A DNA stretch of 64,000 bases from positions 203,752 through 267,751 of the forward strand of contig JBAWXN010000001.1 in the NCBI GenBank assembly GCA_037144045.1, given 5' to 3'. The notes under the pieces were generated by a model that was not told the origin of the DNA, did no database searches, and was given only the letters and a program-made list of their open reading frames with translations. The translations under genes and the position numbers were made by a program. Each line of letters begins with the position of its first letter. Position 1 is the stretch's first letter. This DNA comes from a bacterium. Its GTDB lineage: Bacteria > Patescibacteriota > Minisyncoccia > Phycocordibacterales > UBA1006. Shown here piece after piece: positions 57,108 through 64,000 of the stretch.

Positions 57108-57407
57108 TTACGTTATCTTCACCCGTACCTTTACCTCATCCCCCGCCATCAACCCCTCCGCCTTGCGTACTTTGGCCTTGATACAAATCATGAGCGAGCG
57201 GTCTTTGACCAGCGGAAACAATGATGTATCCCATTGTGTCTTACCTATCTTAGCCGAAACCTTGATCATACCCTTGCCATATTTCGTGCGAATCGGTTCG
57301 AAATAGTCACGCGGAAGATGCACAAAATGCCACGTGCCCGCCGAAGAGGCGGGGCCCATGCCAGGCCATTTCCAGATGGTTGCCGTAAACGAAAACGTAG
57401 ATTTCAT
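57108..57407 (-). CDS. DUF1905-family small protein
   Basis: MKSTFSFTATIWKWPGMGPASSAGTWHFVHLPRDYFEPIRTKYGKGMIKVSAKIGKTQWDTSLFP...IKAKVRKAEGLMAGDEVKV. Higher GC than the neighbours. Start placed at the internal ATG. Confidence 0.55.
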   Translation of the reverse strand: MKSTFSFTATIWKWPGMGPASSAGTWHFVHLPRDYFEPIRTKYGKGMIKVSAKIGKTQWDTSLFPLVKDRSLMICIKAKVRKAEGLMAGDEVKVRVKIT

Positions 57408-57727
57408 ACTATTATTTATTATAACAAAAACCCCAATATGGGGTAATTGTTTTGAGTGATTGCTGTTGTTTTGAATTAAACCAGGTCGTATTACGTGAGC
57501 GGATTGCGTCCTTGAATAATACGAATCAAGAACATCACAATAGCAATAACAAGGAGGATGTGGATGAACCAACCAATAGAATAGATTCCAATGACTCCAA
57601 GGAGCCACAGGATGAGTAAGATAACACCAATAGTAACGAGCATAACAGTAATTGATTACGGTGGATAAGGCGACTTACTGAGTAAGTTCCTATCGGTACT
57701 ATTAAGCAATAGCAAAGGTACTATGTG

Positions 57728-58216
57728 TTATTTGAGGTAACTATCGAACCAAATCGCATGACACGTATATCCGTTGGGATTTTTCTGTAAATAATCCTGA
57801 TGGTATTCTTCAGCTTTCCAAAATTTGGTAAACGGCTCAAGCGTTGTCACCACAGGTCCCGGCCAACGTTTTGAATCATTTACGATCTTAATGAAGTCTT
57901 CTGCTTGTTTCTTTTCAGATTCGTCTTGGTAAAAAATAGCGGATCGATAGGAAGTTCCGATATCATTTCCCTGCTGATTAAGCGTTGTAGGATTATGAAT
58001 TTGGAAGAAGAAATCAAGGATCGCCTGGTACGAAGTTTTCGTATCATCATATTCAATATCTAATGCTTCTGCATGGCCTGGATGATTATTATAATCTGGA
58101 TTTTCATTCGTCCCGCCGGTATATCCTGCATCTACATTAATAACTCCAGGTTGGGTTCTCAGTAATTCTTCAAGTCCCCAGAAGCATCCCCCGGCTAAAT
58201 AAGCGTGTTGTATCAT
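57728..58216 (-). CDS. msrA: Peptide methionine sulfoxide reductase MsrA
   Basis: [15 protein letters not shown] (GCFWG active site)...[12 protein letters not shown]. Confidence 0.9.
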   Translation of the reverse strand: MIQHAYLAGGCFWGLEELLRTQPGVINVDAGYTGGTNENPDYNNHPGHAEALDIEYDDTKTSYQAILDFFFQIHNPTTLNQQGNDIGTSYRSAIFYQDESEKKQAEDFIKIVNDSKRWPGPVVTTLEPFTKFWKAEEYHQDYLQKNPNGYTCHAIWFDSYLK

Positions 58217-58231
58217 CGTATTTCTTAATTA

Positions 58232-58435
58232 TTATTCAATCGGACAAGTATTTTTCCCAATTAATTGATAGAACAAACACCAACTCATGAGTGCTTGGAA
58301 GAAGCAAAAGAGTGCCACAATCCCAAGAATTATTTTTGTCCACAGCGGCATAACAACGAATACCATTAAGGCAACTAATATCATTCCTGTAAGTGCACGC
58401 ATTACTCGATCAAATGTTCCAATATTTTTTTTCAT
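58232..58435 (-). CDS. DUF2892 (YgaP-like) small membrane protein
   Basis: MKKNIGTFDRVMRALTGMILVAL is the DUF2892 N-terminal pattern. Start taken at the internal ATG. Confidence 0.55.
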   Translation of the reverse strand: MKKNIGTFDRVMRALTGMILVALMVFVVMPLWTKIILGIVALFCFFQALMSWCLFYQLIGKNTCPIE

Positions 58436-58464
58436 AGTGTTATAGATTATGTATAAATTAATAA

Positions 58465-58863
58465 TTACCAATTCATAACAGTCACTGTAATTTGAAGCAC
58501 TGTTGCAAAACATACCCAAGCCAAGTACGGAATATTTACATACGTTACCCACGGCACATATTTATAAATTGCCGCAAGTGCCCAGATCAGGGTTCCGAGC
58601 ACGAGCAGAATATCAATCATAGCAAGCAGATTATTCTGAAGTCCAAACTGAAGTGGAGTAAACAGTGCGTTAAAAATAATATTAAGGATAAACGGTAGTA
58701 CTACAATAAATGGAATTTTTTTAAGTACAAAGAGATATCCAACATACCCATACGAAGCTGCAATAATTGCATACAGTACCGTCCACACCGGACCAAAGAG
58801 CCAACCTGGCGGTGCCCATGACGGTTTGAGTAATGCGCTATACCAGGTGTAAGAAGTATTCAT
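58465..58863 (-). CDS. tspO: TspO/MBR tryptophan-rich sensory protein
   Basis: WYSALLKPSWAPPGWLFGPVWTVLYAIIAASYGY is the classic TspO N-terminal signature. 5 TM segments. Confidence 0.8.
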   Translation of the reverse strand: MNTSYTWYSALLKPSWAPPGWLFGPVWTVLYAIIAASYGYVGYLFVLKKIPFIVVLPFILNIIFNALFTPLQFGLQNNLLAMIDILLVLGTLIWALAAIYKYVPWVTYVNIPYLAWVCFATVLQITVTVMNW

Positions 58864-58905
58864 AAAAGAAGTATAGCACTATATCTTTTTTAAAGAAAAA
58901 CCAAC

Positions 58906-59130
58906 CTATTTAGGTCGGTTGATGGGTTTTTTACCGTTGGGTTTATGAGGTCGCCCGTTGGCTTCTTTGAATTTAGAAATCGTTGCAGAAAGCCTATCCG
59001 CAGAAAATATCGTTGATCGCCCCATAGTTTGTGCTTTAAGCAAGTCCCATGCTTTTCCCTTTTCGATACGCGCAGATTTACCTGGCATATTACGATGACG
59101 CCCCTTTTTATTAGACGTAGGGTTTTTCAT
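58906..59130 (-). CDS. Small basic hypothetical protein
   Basis: 74 aa, Lys/Arg-rich (KKGRHRNMPGKSARIEKGKAWDLLKAQ...). Its 5' end overlaps the PspC-domain gene stop by 4 nt. Confidence 0.35.
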   Translation of the reverse strand: MKNPTSNKKGRHRNMPGKSARIEKGKAWDLLKAQTMGRSTIFSADRLSATISKFKEANGRPHKPNGKKPINRPK

Positions 59131-59399
59131 AGTAATTCTGTTTCTGAACTCGTTGAATCAGGTTCAGGTTCTGATTCTTTCGCTTTATGTTCTGTGTGGT
59201 GCACGACATTTTTTGGATTTTCAGGAACAATGAAATATGCAATAAGGTATGCTAATACCCCAGGGAAAAATCCTGTTATAAGTACAAAAAATACAAACGC
59301 AAGGCGCATGAGTGTGGAATCTACTTGGAAATAGTCCCCGAGTCCACCAATAATTCCGAAAACATACTTGTCTGTGACTGATCGATATAGTTTTTTCAT
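59127..59399 (-). CDS. PspC-domain membrane protein
   Basis: KKLYRSVTDKYVFGIIGGLGDYFQVDSTLMRLAFVFFVLITGFFPGVLAYLIAYFIVPE. Confidence 0.7.
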   Translation of the reverse strand: MKKLYRSVTDKYVFGIIGGLGDYFQVDSTLMRLAFVFFVLITGFFPGVLAYLIAYFIVPENPKNVVHHTEHKAKESEPEPDSTSSETELL

Positions 59400-59474
59400 A
59401 TAATACAGTATATCACATTATTGACACAACACATAAATAGATGGATTACCCTCGGCAAGCAAGTTTCTCAATGT

Positions 59475-59503
59475 TTGACATATATAAAATTGAGTGCTAT
59501 TAT
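59475..59503 (+). promoter_or_regulatory. Near-consensus sigma70-type promoter
   Basis: TTGACA (59475-59480), 17-nt spacer, TATTAT (59498-59503). About 24 nt upstream of the ATG at 59527. Confidence 0.5.
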
Positions 59504-59526
59504 CACAAAAAACCACAACTAGATAT

Positions 59527-60864
59527 ATGACGATAGAACTTGGACTCTTGAAAGAAACATTACTCCTTTGGGAAGATCTAAACAAAGCTACTGAATTTGA
59601 CTACCGTATTGGTGCGATCAGTAAGGGATTAGGTATTACTCCTGAGGAACGTAAAACCCTCGATGATTTTGAAGTAATTCACGGATCGGAAGTTTCAAAA
59701 AACTTTCAACTGAGCAAACCAATTACGAACTACGAACAATTTGGAGAACTCCTTACTCATGGAACCGCTCAAGAACTCATACAAGCAAATGCTGATGATT
59801 TTTTAGTTTCTGTTCCCACATCAATGGTAACGGACTTTAGCTCGAAATTCGATTTCACTGCTAAAAAGGTACCCACCCTATTGCTTGCACCTCATTATTT
59901 ACTTAATTGGGCCATTTACAAGAAAGTGTGTATTGTAAAAAATCGCAAACTTCTTGAACAACAAGGGCGTACTACCGAACTATCGTTTGTGCGACAGCTT
60001 CCCTACGATTGTTTTTTATTGAAATGTGAAGAACCTTTCATATTTGATATTATGGACAGTGATACTGCCTACCATTTTGAACTTGCACATATCATTGTTT
60101 TGAAACAAGACGGAGAAGTTAACTTGTTTGGTATTCCCAACGAGGTTGCAGATCGTTCTTTTGATGAAGATGAAGTGAAGCTGGTTGATGGAATTATTGA
60201 TTCAGTAAAAAGAATTCCTCTCAAGGAAGTACTACACGAAGTTACCCGCAATCCAACGTCACGCAAGTCTCGTAAAGCAGCAGAACAAATGCGTAAGATT
60301 TTTAAAGAGCTCGATCGTGTTCCTAAGGGAATGTTTGAGCGCATTTACGATGCGCACCTTATGTTCTTTCATTACTCACTTGATGCGACTACTGGCGAGA
60401 ATACTCGCTGTAGCCCTAGTCATTTTGTTGCCGGATGGGAAGTAAACGAAAGTAAGTATGCTGCGTTTATTGAAAGCATACTCCTTACCTTAGATGGTAT
60501 GTGTGTTGCTCTTCAAGAAAGTCGCCCCACTGAATTAGTAACCATTATCGAAAACAACATGAATCCATTACACGATTCAGTTGCCACAGTAGTCATTCCT
60601 AATTCTGGAATTACTGCATTGGAATGGTACGAAGTACCTGAACAAGGAGTGGATTTCTTCACTTCGTACAAACACAAAGGTGCCGTTAAAGTACGTGTCA
60701 CTCGAGGATCTGAAAAGAGTCCCCACGTGAGACGTAGTCACACCCGTAACAGATACGACAAGGATGGTAATATTATTAAAAGCTTTCAGGTAAAATCTGC
60801 TGTAATACGAAAAGACCTCCTTGAAAAAGGGGTCGGTTCTCGCAGTGGTACCTTAATTGTCTAA
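59527..60864 (+). CDS. Orphan 445-aa soluble protein, no recognisable domain
   Basis: Long clean ORF with a promoter and a strong terminator. The ORF-track start at 59494 is GTG. The first ATG at 59527 gives MTIELGLLKE.... Basic C-terminus HVRRSHTRNRYDKDGNIIKSFQVK. Confidence 0.45.
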   Translation: MTIELGLLKETLLLWEDLNKATEFDYRIGAISKGLGITPEERKTLDDFEVIHGSEVSKNFQLSKPITNYEQFGELLTHGTAQELIQANADDFLVSVPTSMVTDFSSKFDFTAKKVPTLLLAPHYLLNWAIYKKVCIVKNRKLLEQQGRTTELSFVRQLPYDCFLLKCEEPFIFDIMDSDTAYHFELAHIIVLKQDGEVNLFGIPNEVADRSFDEDEVKLVDGIIDSVKRIPLKEVLHEVTRNPTSRKSRKAAEQMRKIFKELDRVPKGMFERIYDAHLMFFHYSLDATTGENTRCSPSHFVAGWEVNESKYAAFIESILLTLDGMCVALQESRPTELVTIIENNMNPLHDSVATVVIPNSGITALEWYEVPEQGVDFFTSYKHKGAVKVRVTRGSEKSPHVRRSHTRNRYDKDGNIIKSFQVKSAVIRKDLLEKGVGSRSGTLIV

Positions 60865-60873
60865 CACTTACAT

Positions 60874-60907
60874 CACCCTAAGCATTTCATGCTTAGGGAT
60901 TTTTTAT
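60874..60907. terminator. Bidirectional rho-independent terminator
   Basis: ccctaagcat-ttc-atgcttaggg (10-bp stem) followed by attttttat. Confidence 0.6.
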
Positions 60908-60911
60908 ACCA

Positions 60912-62273
60912 TTAATCTATACGCAACCCCCACGGACTTGCATCAGGAAGGCGTTCCTGCCGTGCGAGGAAAAATTGCCAGACACTAAATATCATAAGTC
61001 CAATAAGAACGATAAATTTATATGTCACCCACTGTTCCGGGGTAAAATAGACACGTGCCCATTCATTAGTTGCCGCAATTGCAATCATGATTACCATCCA
61101 ACGAATCGATACAATTTTCCATCCTCGATCAGTAATAGCAAATATAGTTCCAAATAATGATTTTAATATAAGTTTTCCAAACAGGAGCGGCACGAGAATA
61201 ATTAATCCGAATCCTCCAAAATAGAGCGTGTCCTTGAAAATAATATATTGAGGATTATGAAGCACAATCGTGAGCGCTCCAAAAATAATTACCGTAAGGC
61301 TTGCAAATAATGGAAACAGCGCAAGTTTTTTATAGAGGCGAATACTTGCAAATAATGTTATTACCATTGCGACTACTAAAATTGCAACCGACGTCATGAA
61401 ATTAAAAATTTCAAACGTGATGAAAAAAAGTACCAGTGGCCCAAATTCAATAAGTATCGCTGCGACGGTCTTTGGTGATGCATTCCGAGTAATCCATACT
61501 GGAATAGGAATAAGTGCACTCGTTCGTTTTTTATATTCAATAAATTCCGGATTGGCCACCATTGATGACTCTGCAAGTGGAATTCCTGATACAAACACAA
61601 TAAGTCCTGTGATAATCAAAGGACCAATAATCCCCAAAACACCATACGGAACCCCTAGCGCTATTACCCACAATCCCCACCATTGGGTAACTTCACCAAA
61701 ATAGTTCGGGTGTCGTGAATATTTCCATAATCCCGATTGCATAATATGACCCTTGTTTTCAGGAATGGAAATAAATGCCTTGAGTTGACGATCTGCTACT
61801 GATTCACTTATGAATCCAATCAACCAAATAATGACCCCTGCAATCATCCAGCCAAACGAACCATATACGGGCGATTGCATCAGAATAATTACAGGACTCA
61901 CAATGATTACTGCCAATAACGCTTGTAAGAGAAATACTTGAACAAACGATCGTACATAAAAATACCAACCGTTCCCCCATTGATTTCGCCATGCAACATA
62001 CCGACGGTCTTCGGGTGATTTTTGATGACGTTTAAAAATATGCCACGACAGACGCATTCCCCAAATAGCAACGAGGCCAAGAGGTATGAGGCGTACATCA
62101 AATCGAGGAACATGCATCAGGAATGTCACTAATGAAATTCCTATAAAATACGTTCCCCATCCAATATCAGCAACGTCGTTACGCGCACGAATAAGACTTA
62201 CCCCATACCAAAACACCGCAAGGACTGCGGCGGTTATGAGTGCATATACAAAAGAAGGGAGCAATAATTGCAT
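60912..62273 (-). CDS. Polytopic membrane fusion protein: N-terminal DUF1295 / ICMT / steroid-5alpha-reductase-like domain plus C-terminal YciB (intracellular septation protein A)-like domain
   Basis: N-terminal half contains YSRHPNYFGEVTQWWGLWVIALG (the RHPNY.GE signature). C-terminal half FGPLVLFFITFEIFNFMTSVAILVVAMVITLF...LHNPQYIIFK...AIAATNEWARV resembles YciB/IspZ. Confidence 0.55.
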   Translation of the reverse strand: MQLLLPSFVYALITAAVLAVFWYGVSLIRARNDVADIGWGTYFIGISLVTFLMHVPRFDVRLIPLGLVAIWGMRLSWHIFKRHQKSPEDRRYVAWRNQWGNGWYFYVRSFVQVFLLQALLAVIIVSPVIILMQSPVYGSFGWMIAGVIIWLIGFISESVADRQLKAFISIPENKGHIMQSGLWKYSRHPNYFGEVTQWWGLWVIALGVPYGVLGIIGPLIITGLIVFVSGIPLAESSMVANPEFIEYKKRTSALIPIPVWITRNASPKTVAAILIEFGPLVLFFITFEIFNFMTSVAILVVAMVITLFASIRLYKKLALFPLFASLTVIIFGALTIVLHNPQYIIFKDTLYFGGFGLIILVPLLFGKLILKSLFGTIFAITDRGWKIVSIRWMVIMIAIAATNEWARVYFTPEQWVTYKFIVLIGLMIFSVWQFFLARQERLPDASPWGLRID

Positions 62274-62275
62274 AA

Positions 62276-62707
62276 TTATTTAAGAATAAAGTAAGCAACA
62301 GTACTTGCAATAGACGTAAGTACGGTTCCCCAAATCATGTCTACTACGGTAACAATCATGGGCCAGTTCGTAACAGTTGCGTGATTGGTGAGGTCATACG
62401 TTGCGTATGCAACCAACCCAAATAATGCACCTCGTAACGCTACCTCGTACCACGGAATCGCTCCAGCAAGCGCAGGACTTACAATAAGCACCGCTACCCC
62501 AATAGCGTAAATAACATAAAAAATTCCAGCGGCAATCCAAACAGGATGCGCCGACATGATCGATGCAAGGTATTTAGCATAGAATGGCTTATTCATAGCT
62601 GTAAGCCAAATCGCATCAAGAACTAACATAGGAACGGCAACTGCAAAAAAAACTTTAAGGGTGTTGATCATAGTGTTATGCAATCCAGAAGCCAAGAATG
62701 GCTCCAA
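62276..62707 (-). CDS. DUF2177-like membrane protein
   Basis: 143 aa, 4 TM segments, FAVAVPMLVLDAIWLTAMNKPFYAKYL. Confidence 0.45.
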   Translation of the reverse strand: MEPFLASGLHNTMINTLKVFFAVAVPMLVLDAIWLTAMNKPFYAKYLASIMSAHPVWIAAGIFYVIYAIGVAVLIVSPALAGAIPWYEVALRGALFGLVAYATYDLTNHATVTNWPMIVTVVDMIWGTVLTSIASTVAYFILK

Positions 62708-63092
62708 AGATTATAAATAGTATTAATTGATATCCTGATTGAATAAGAAATCGAGTCCACGCGATTTTACGTGAATCATTATTCCACATTGCCGTTGCAG
62801 CAATCGTAGGCATAATAAATGCTGACCAAGTAATAAATGCGTTAAAAATTCCAGCTTTTCCAAATCCGGCCGTCATATCAGTAAGAACAAATACTTGATA
62901 TAACACCAGTACAAACTGCAATGCATACAATGGCAATGCGTCACGCTGCATTTTCTTACGCGCTTCTGCATCGTGATGATTTACACCAATTACCTGCATC
63001 CATTTTTTACCAAACAATGGACCGTACCAAATCGCTCCGATAACCATCGCAATTACTGCACACCACACCACAGCTAATAGATTTATTTCCAT
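62676..63092 (-). CDS. DUF1761-like membrane protein
   Basis: LLAVVWCAVIAMVIGAIWYGPLFGKKWMQVIG. 32-nt overlap with the downstream gene. Confidence 0.5.
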   Translation of the reverse strand: MEINLLAVVWCAVIAMVIGAIWYGPLFGKKWMQVIGVNHHDAEARKKMQRDALPLYALQFVLVLYQVFVLTDMTAGFGKAGIFNAFITWSAFIMPTIAATAMWNNDSRKIAWTRFLIQSGYQLILFIIFGAILGFWIA

Positions 63093-63204
63093 AGATTAAT
63101 GATACATTACTAAATTTAAGACACTTAAGTATACCAAATGGGGACATTAAGGTGGTACTTGACTTAAGTTTTAAGGTATGCTAATGTGTTTTCAAATCAA
63201 GTGA

Positions 63205-63525
63205 ATGAGACTAATTGTAGTTGGTTATGCCGCGGCAGGATTGATTGCAGCGTTAAGCTCAGTCACCCTACCCCAAGATATCATTATCGTAAGTAAACCA
63301 GAGGAAGACATAGCAACCCTCCACTCCTTTGAGCAAGTACTCCTTGCAAAAACAATTTCTGATATTAATCGACTTGAGGCAACCCTTGCTTCAAGTAACG
63401 AATACGTTCTTTATGACTTTTTACGAGCTACTGGATTCCCTGCGTGTTCCAACACAGGTACCAGGCTCATCAGCAACATTGTATGTTGCAAACATAACGT
63501 GCGGCAATCGCAGCACCCACCCTGA
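63205..63525 (+). CDS. Hypothetical protein, possibly a gene remnant
   Basis: 106-aa ORF, no motif recognised. Weak support. Confidence 0.3.
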   Translation: MRLIVVGYAAAGLIAALSSVTLPQDIIIVSKPEEDIATLHSFEQVLLAKTISDINRLEATLASSNEYVLYDFLRATGFPACSNTGTRLISNIVCCKHNVRQSQHPP

Positions 63526-63568
63526 GTGGATGATCCCTTCTCGTTAGAGGAGGGATTTTTTTATACAA

Positions 63569-63598
63569 AAAAAACCTGGACGAACCAGGTCTATTTAT
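63569..63598. terminator. Putative bidirectional terminator
   Basis: cctgg-acgaa-ccagg flanked by an A-run and tctatttattt. Confidence 0.45.
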
Positions 63599-63602
63599 TT
63601 AA

Positions 63603-64000
63603 TTAATCTAATCCTTCATACTGCAAATCATTAAAAGGAAATTCATCCGTTTTAGGATTTACCTGAGAAGCACCATCATGATCTGTGCGTTGCTTATGAG
63701 GTTTACCTACCCCTGCGCGTATAAACATCCGAGGAGTCCTCACGATTCCCTGTTCTGCATTGCGACTACGATAATTCGCATAATCACGAAATGCTTTTTC
63801 AAGAAATAATCGATGTTCATCGGACAAATTTTGATAGAGCCAAGTTTTGGGTAGTCGGTGTTTATTCGGACATGTGAAGGCGTACTGCAATAATTCATTA
63901 CCGGGAACATTCCGAATGGTCGGTTCCTGATTGCACGTAGCGCACGGATCAGGCCATGCAGTAACGAGTGCAATAAATGCGGCAATATACTTTTCAAATC
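63603..64000 (-). CDS. Cys-motif-containing hypothetical protein; 5' partial, continues beyond the window end
   Basis: The frame is open from the window edge to the stop at 63603: ...FEKYIAAFIALVTAWPDPCATCNQEPTIRNVPGNELLQYAFTCPNKHRLPKTWLYQNLSDEHRLFLEKAFRDYANYRSRNAEQG.... The ORF track lists only the part after its first Met. Confidence 0.45.
   Translation of the reverse strand, partial: FEKYIAAFIALVTAWPDPCATCNQEPTIRNVPGNELLQYAFTCPNKHRLPKTWLYQNLSDEHRLFLEKAFRDYANYRSRNAEQGIVRTPRMFIRAGVGKPHKQRTDHDGASQVNPKTDEFPFNDLQYEGLD

Noticed and set aside
59494-59526. GTG start at 59494 for the 456-aa ORF
   Set aside because: The -10 hexamer of the predicted promoter (59498-59503) would lie inside the coding region. 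The ATG at 59527 is downstream of the promoter and gives a sensible N-terminus, so the shorter CDS is preferred.
1-64000. CRISPR arrays, rRNA genes, transposases, integrases
   Set aside because: Scanned the intergenic regions and repeats. The only direct repeats found are intragenic (27-bp and ~147-bp coding repeats). No repeat-spacer periodicity, no rRNA-like conserved stretches, no DDE or tyrosine-recombinase motifs in any ORF.

Overview
The window is a gene-dense, low-GC (roughly 38-42%) bacterial chromosome segment. It contains mainly compact housekeeping genes: pth, an S1-domain protein, rmuC, obg, gatB, a reduced pheS/pheT pair, L25, L31, prfA, tlyA, trhO, queA, rsmI, L9, L27, nth-like, msrA, and one tRNA-Ile(GAT). 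Interspersed are many secreted or membrane proteins, including two giant surface proteins (1694 aa and 1303 aa) and a third smaller one, all ending in a C-terminal peptidoglycan-binding domain. The minimal PheRS, a MYG1 hydrolase, the giant repeat surface proteins and the many small DUF membrane proteins suggest, as an inference only, an ultra-small Patescibacteria/CPR-like or similarly reduced Gram-positive-type genome. No rRNA, CRISPR array, transposase or integrase was recognised. The most system-like accessory features are: (i) a very AT-rich OLD-family ATPase+TOPRIM nuclease gene lying beside a truncated DUF2075 (SF1-helicase-like) remnant and a minimal MGMT-fold gene; (ii) a Pif1-family helicase followed directly by an RNase H-fold (YprB/MrfB-like) exonuclease and preceded by a small protein built from 27-bp tandem repeats; (iii) an orphan gene with atypical, enterobacteria-like codon usage and its own strong terminator. 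All functional calls are inferred from translated motifs read by eye; no database search was possible.
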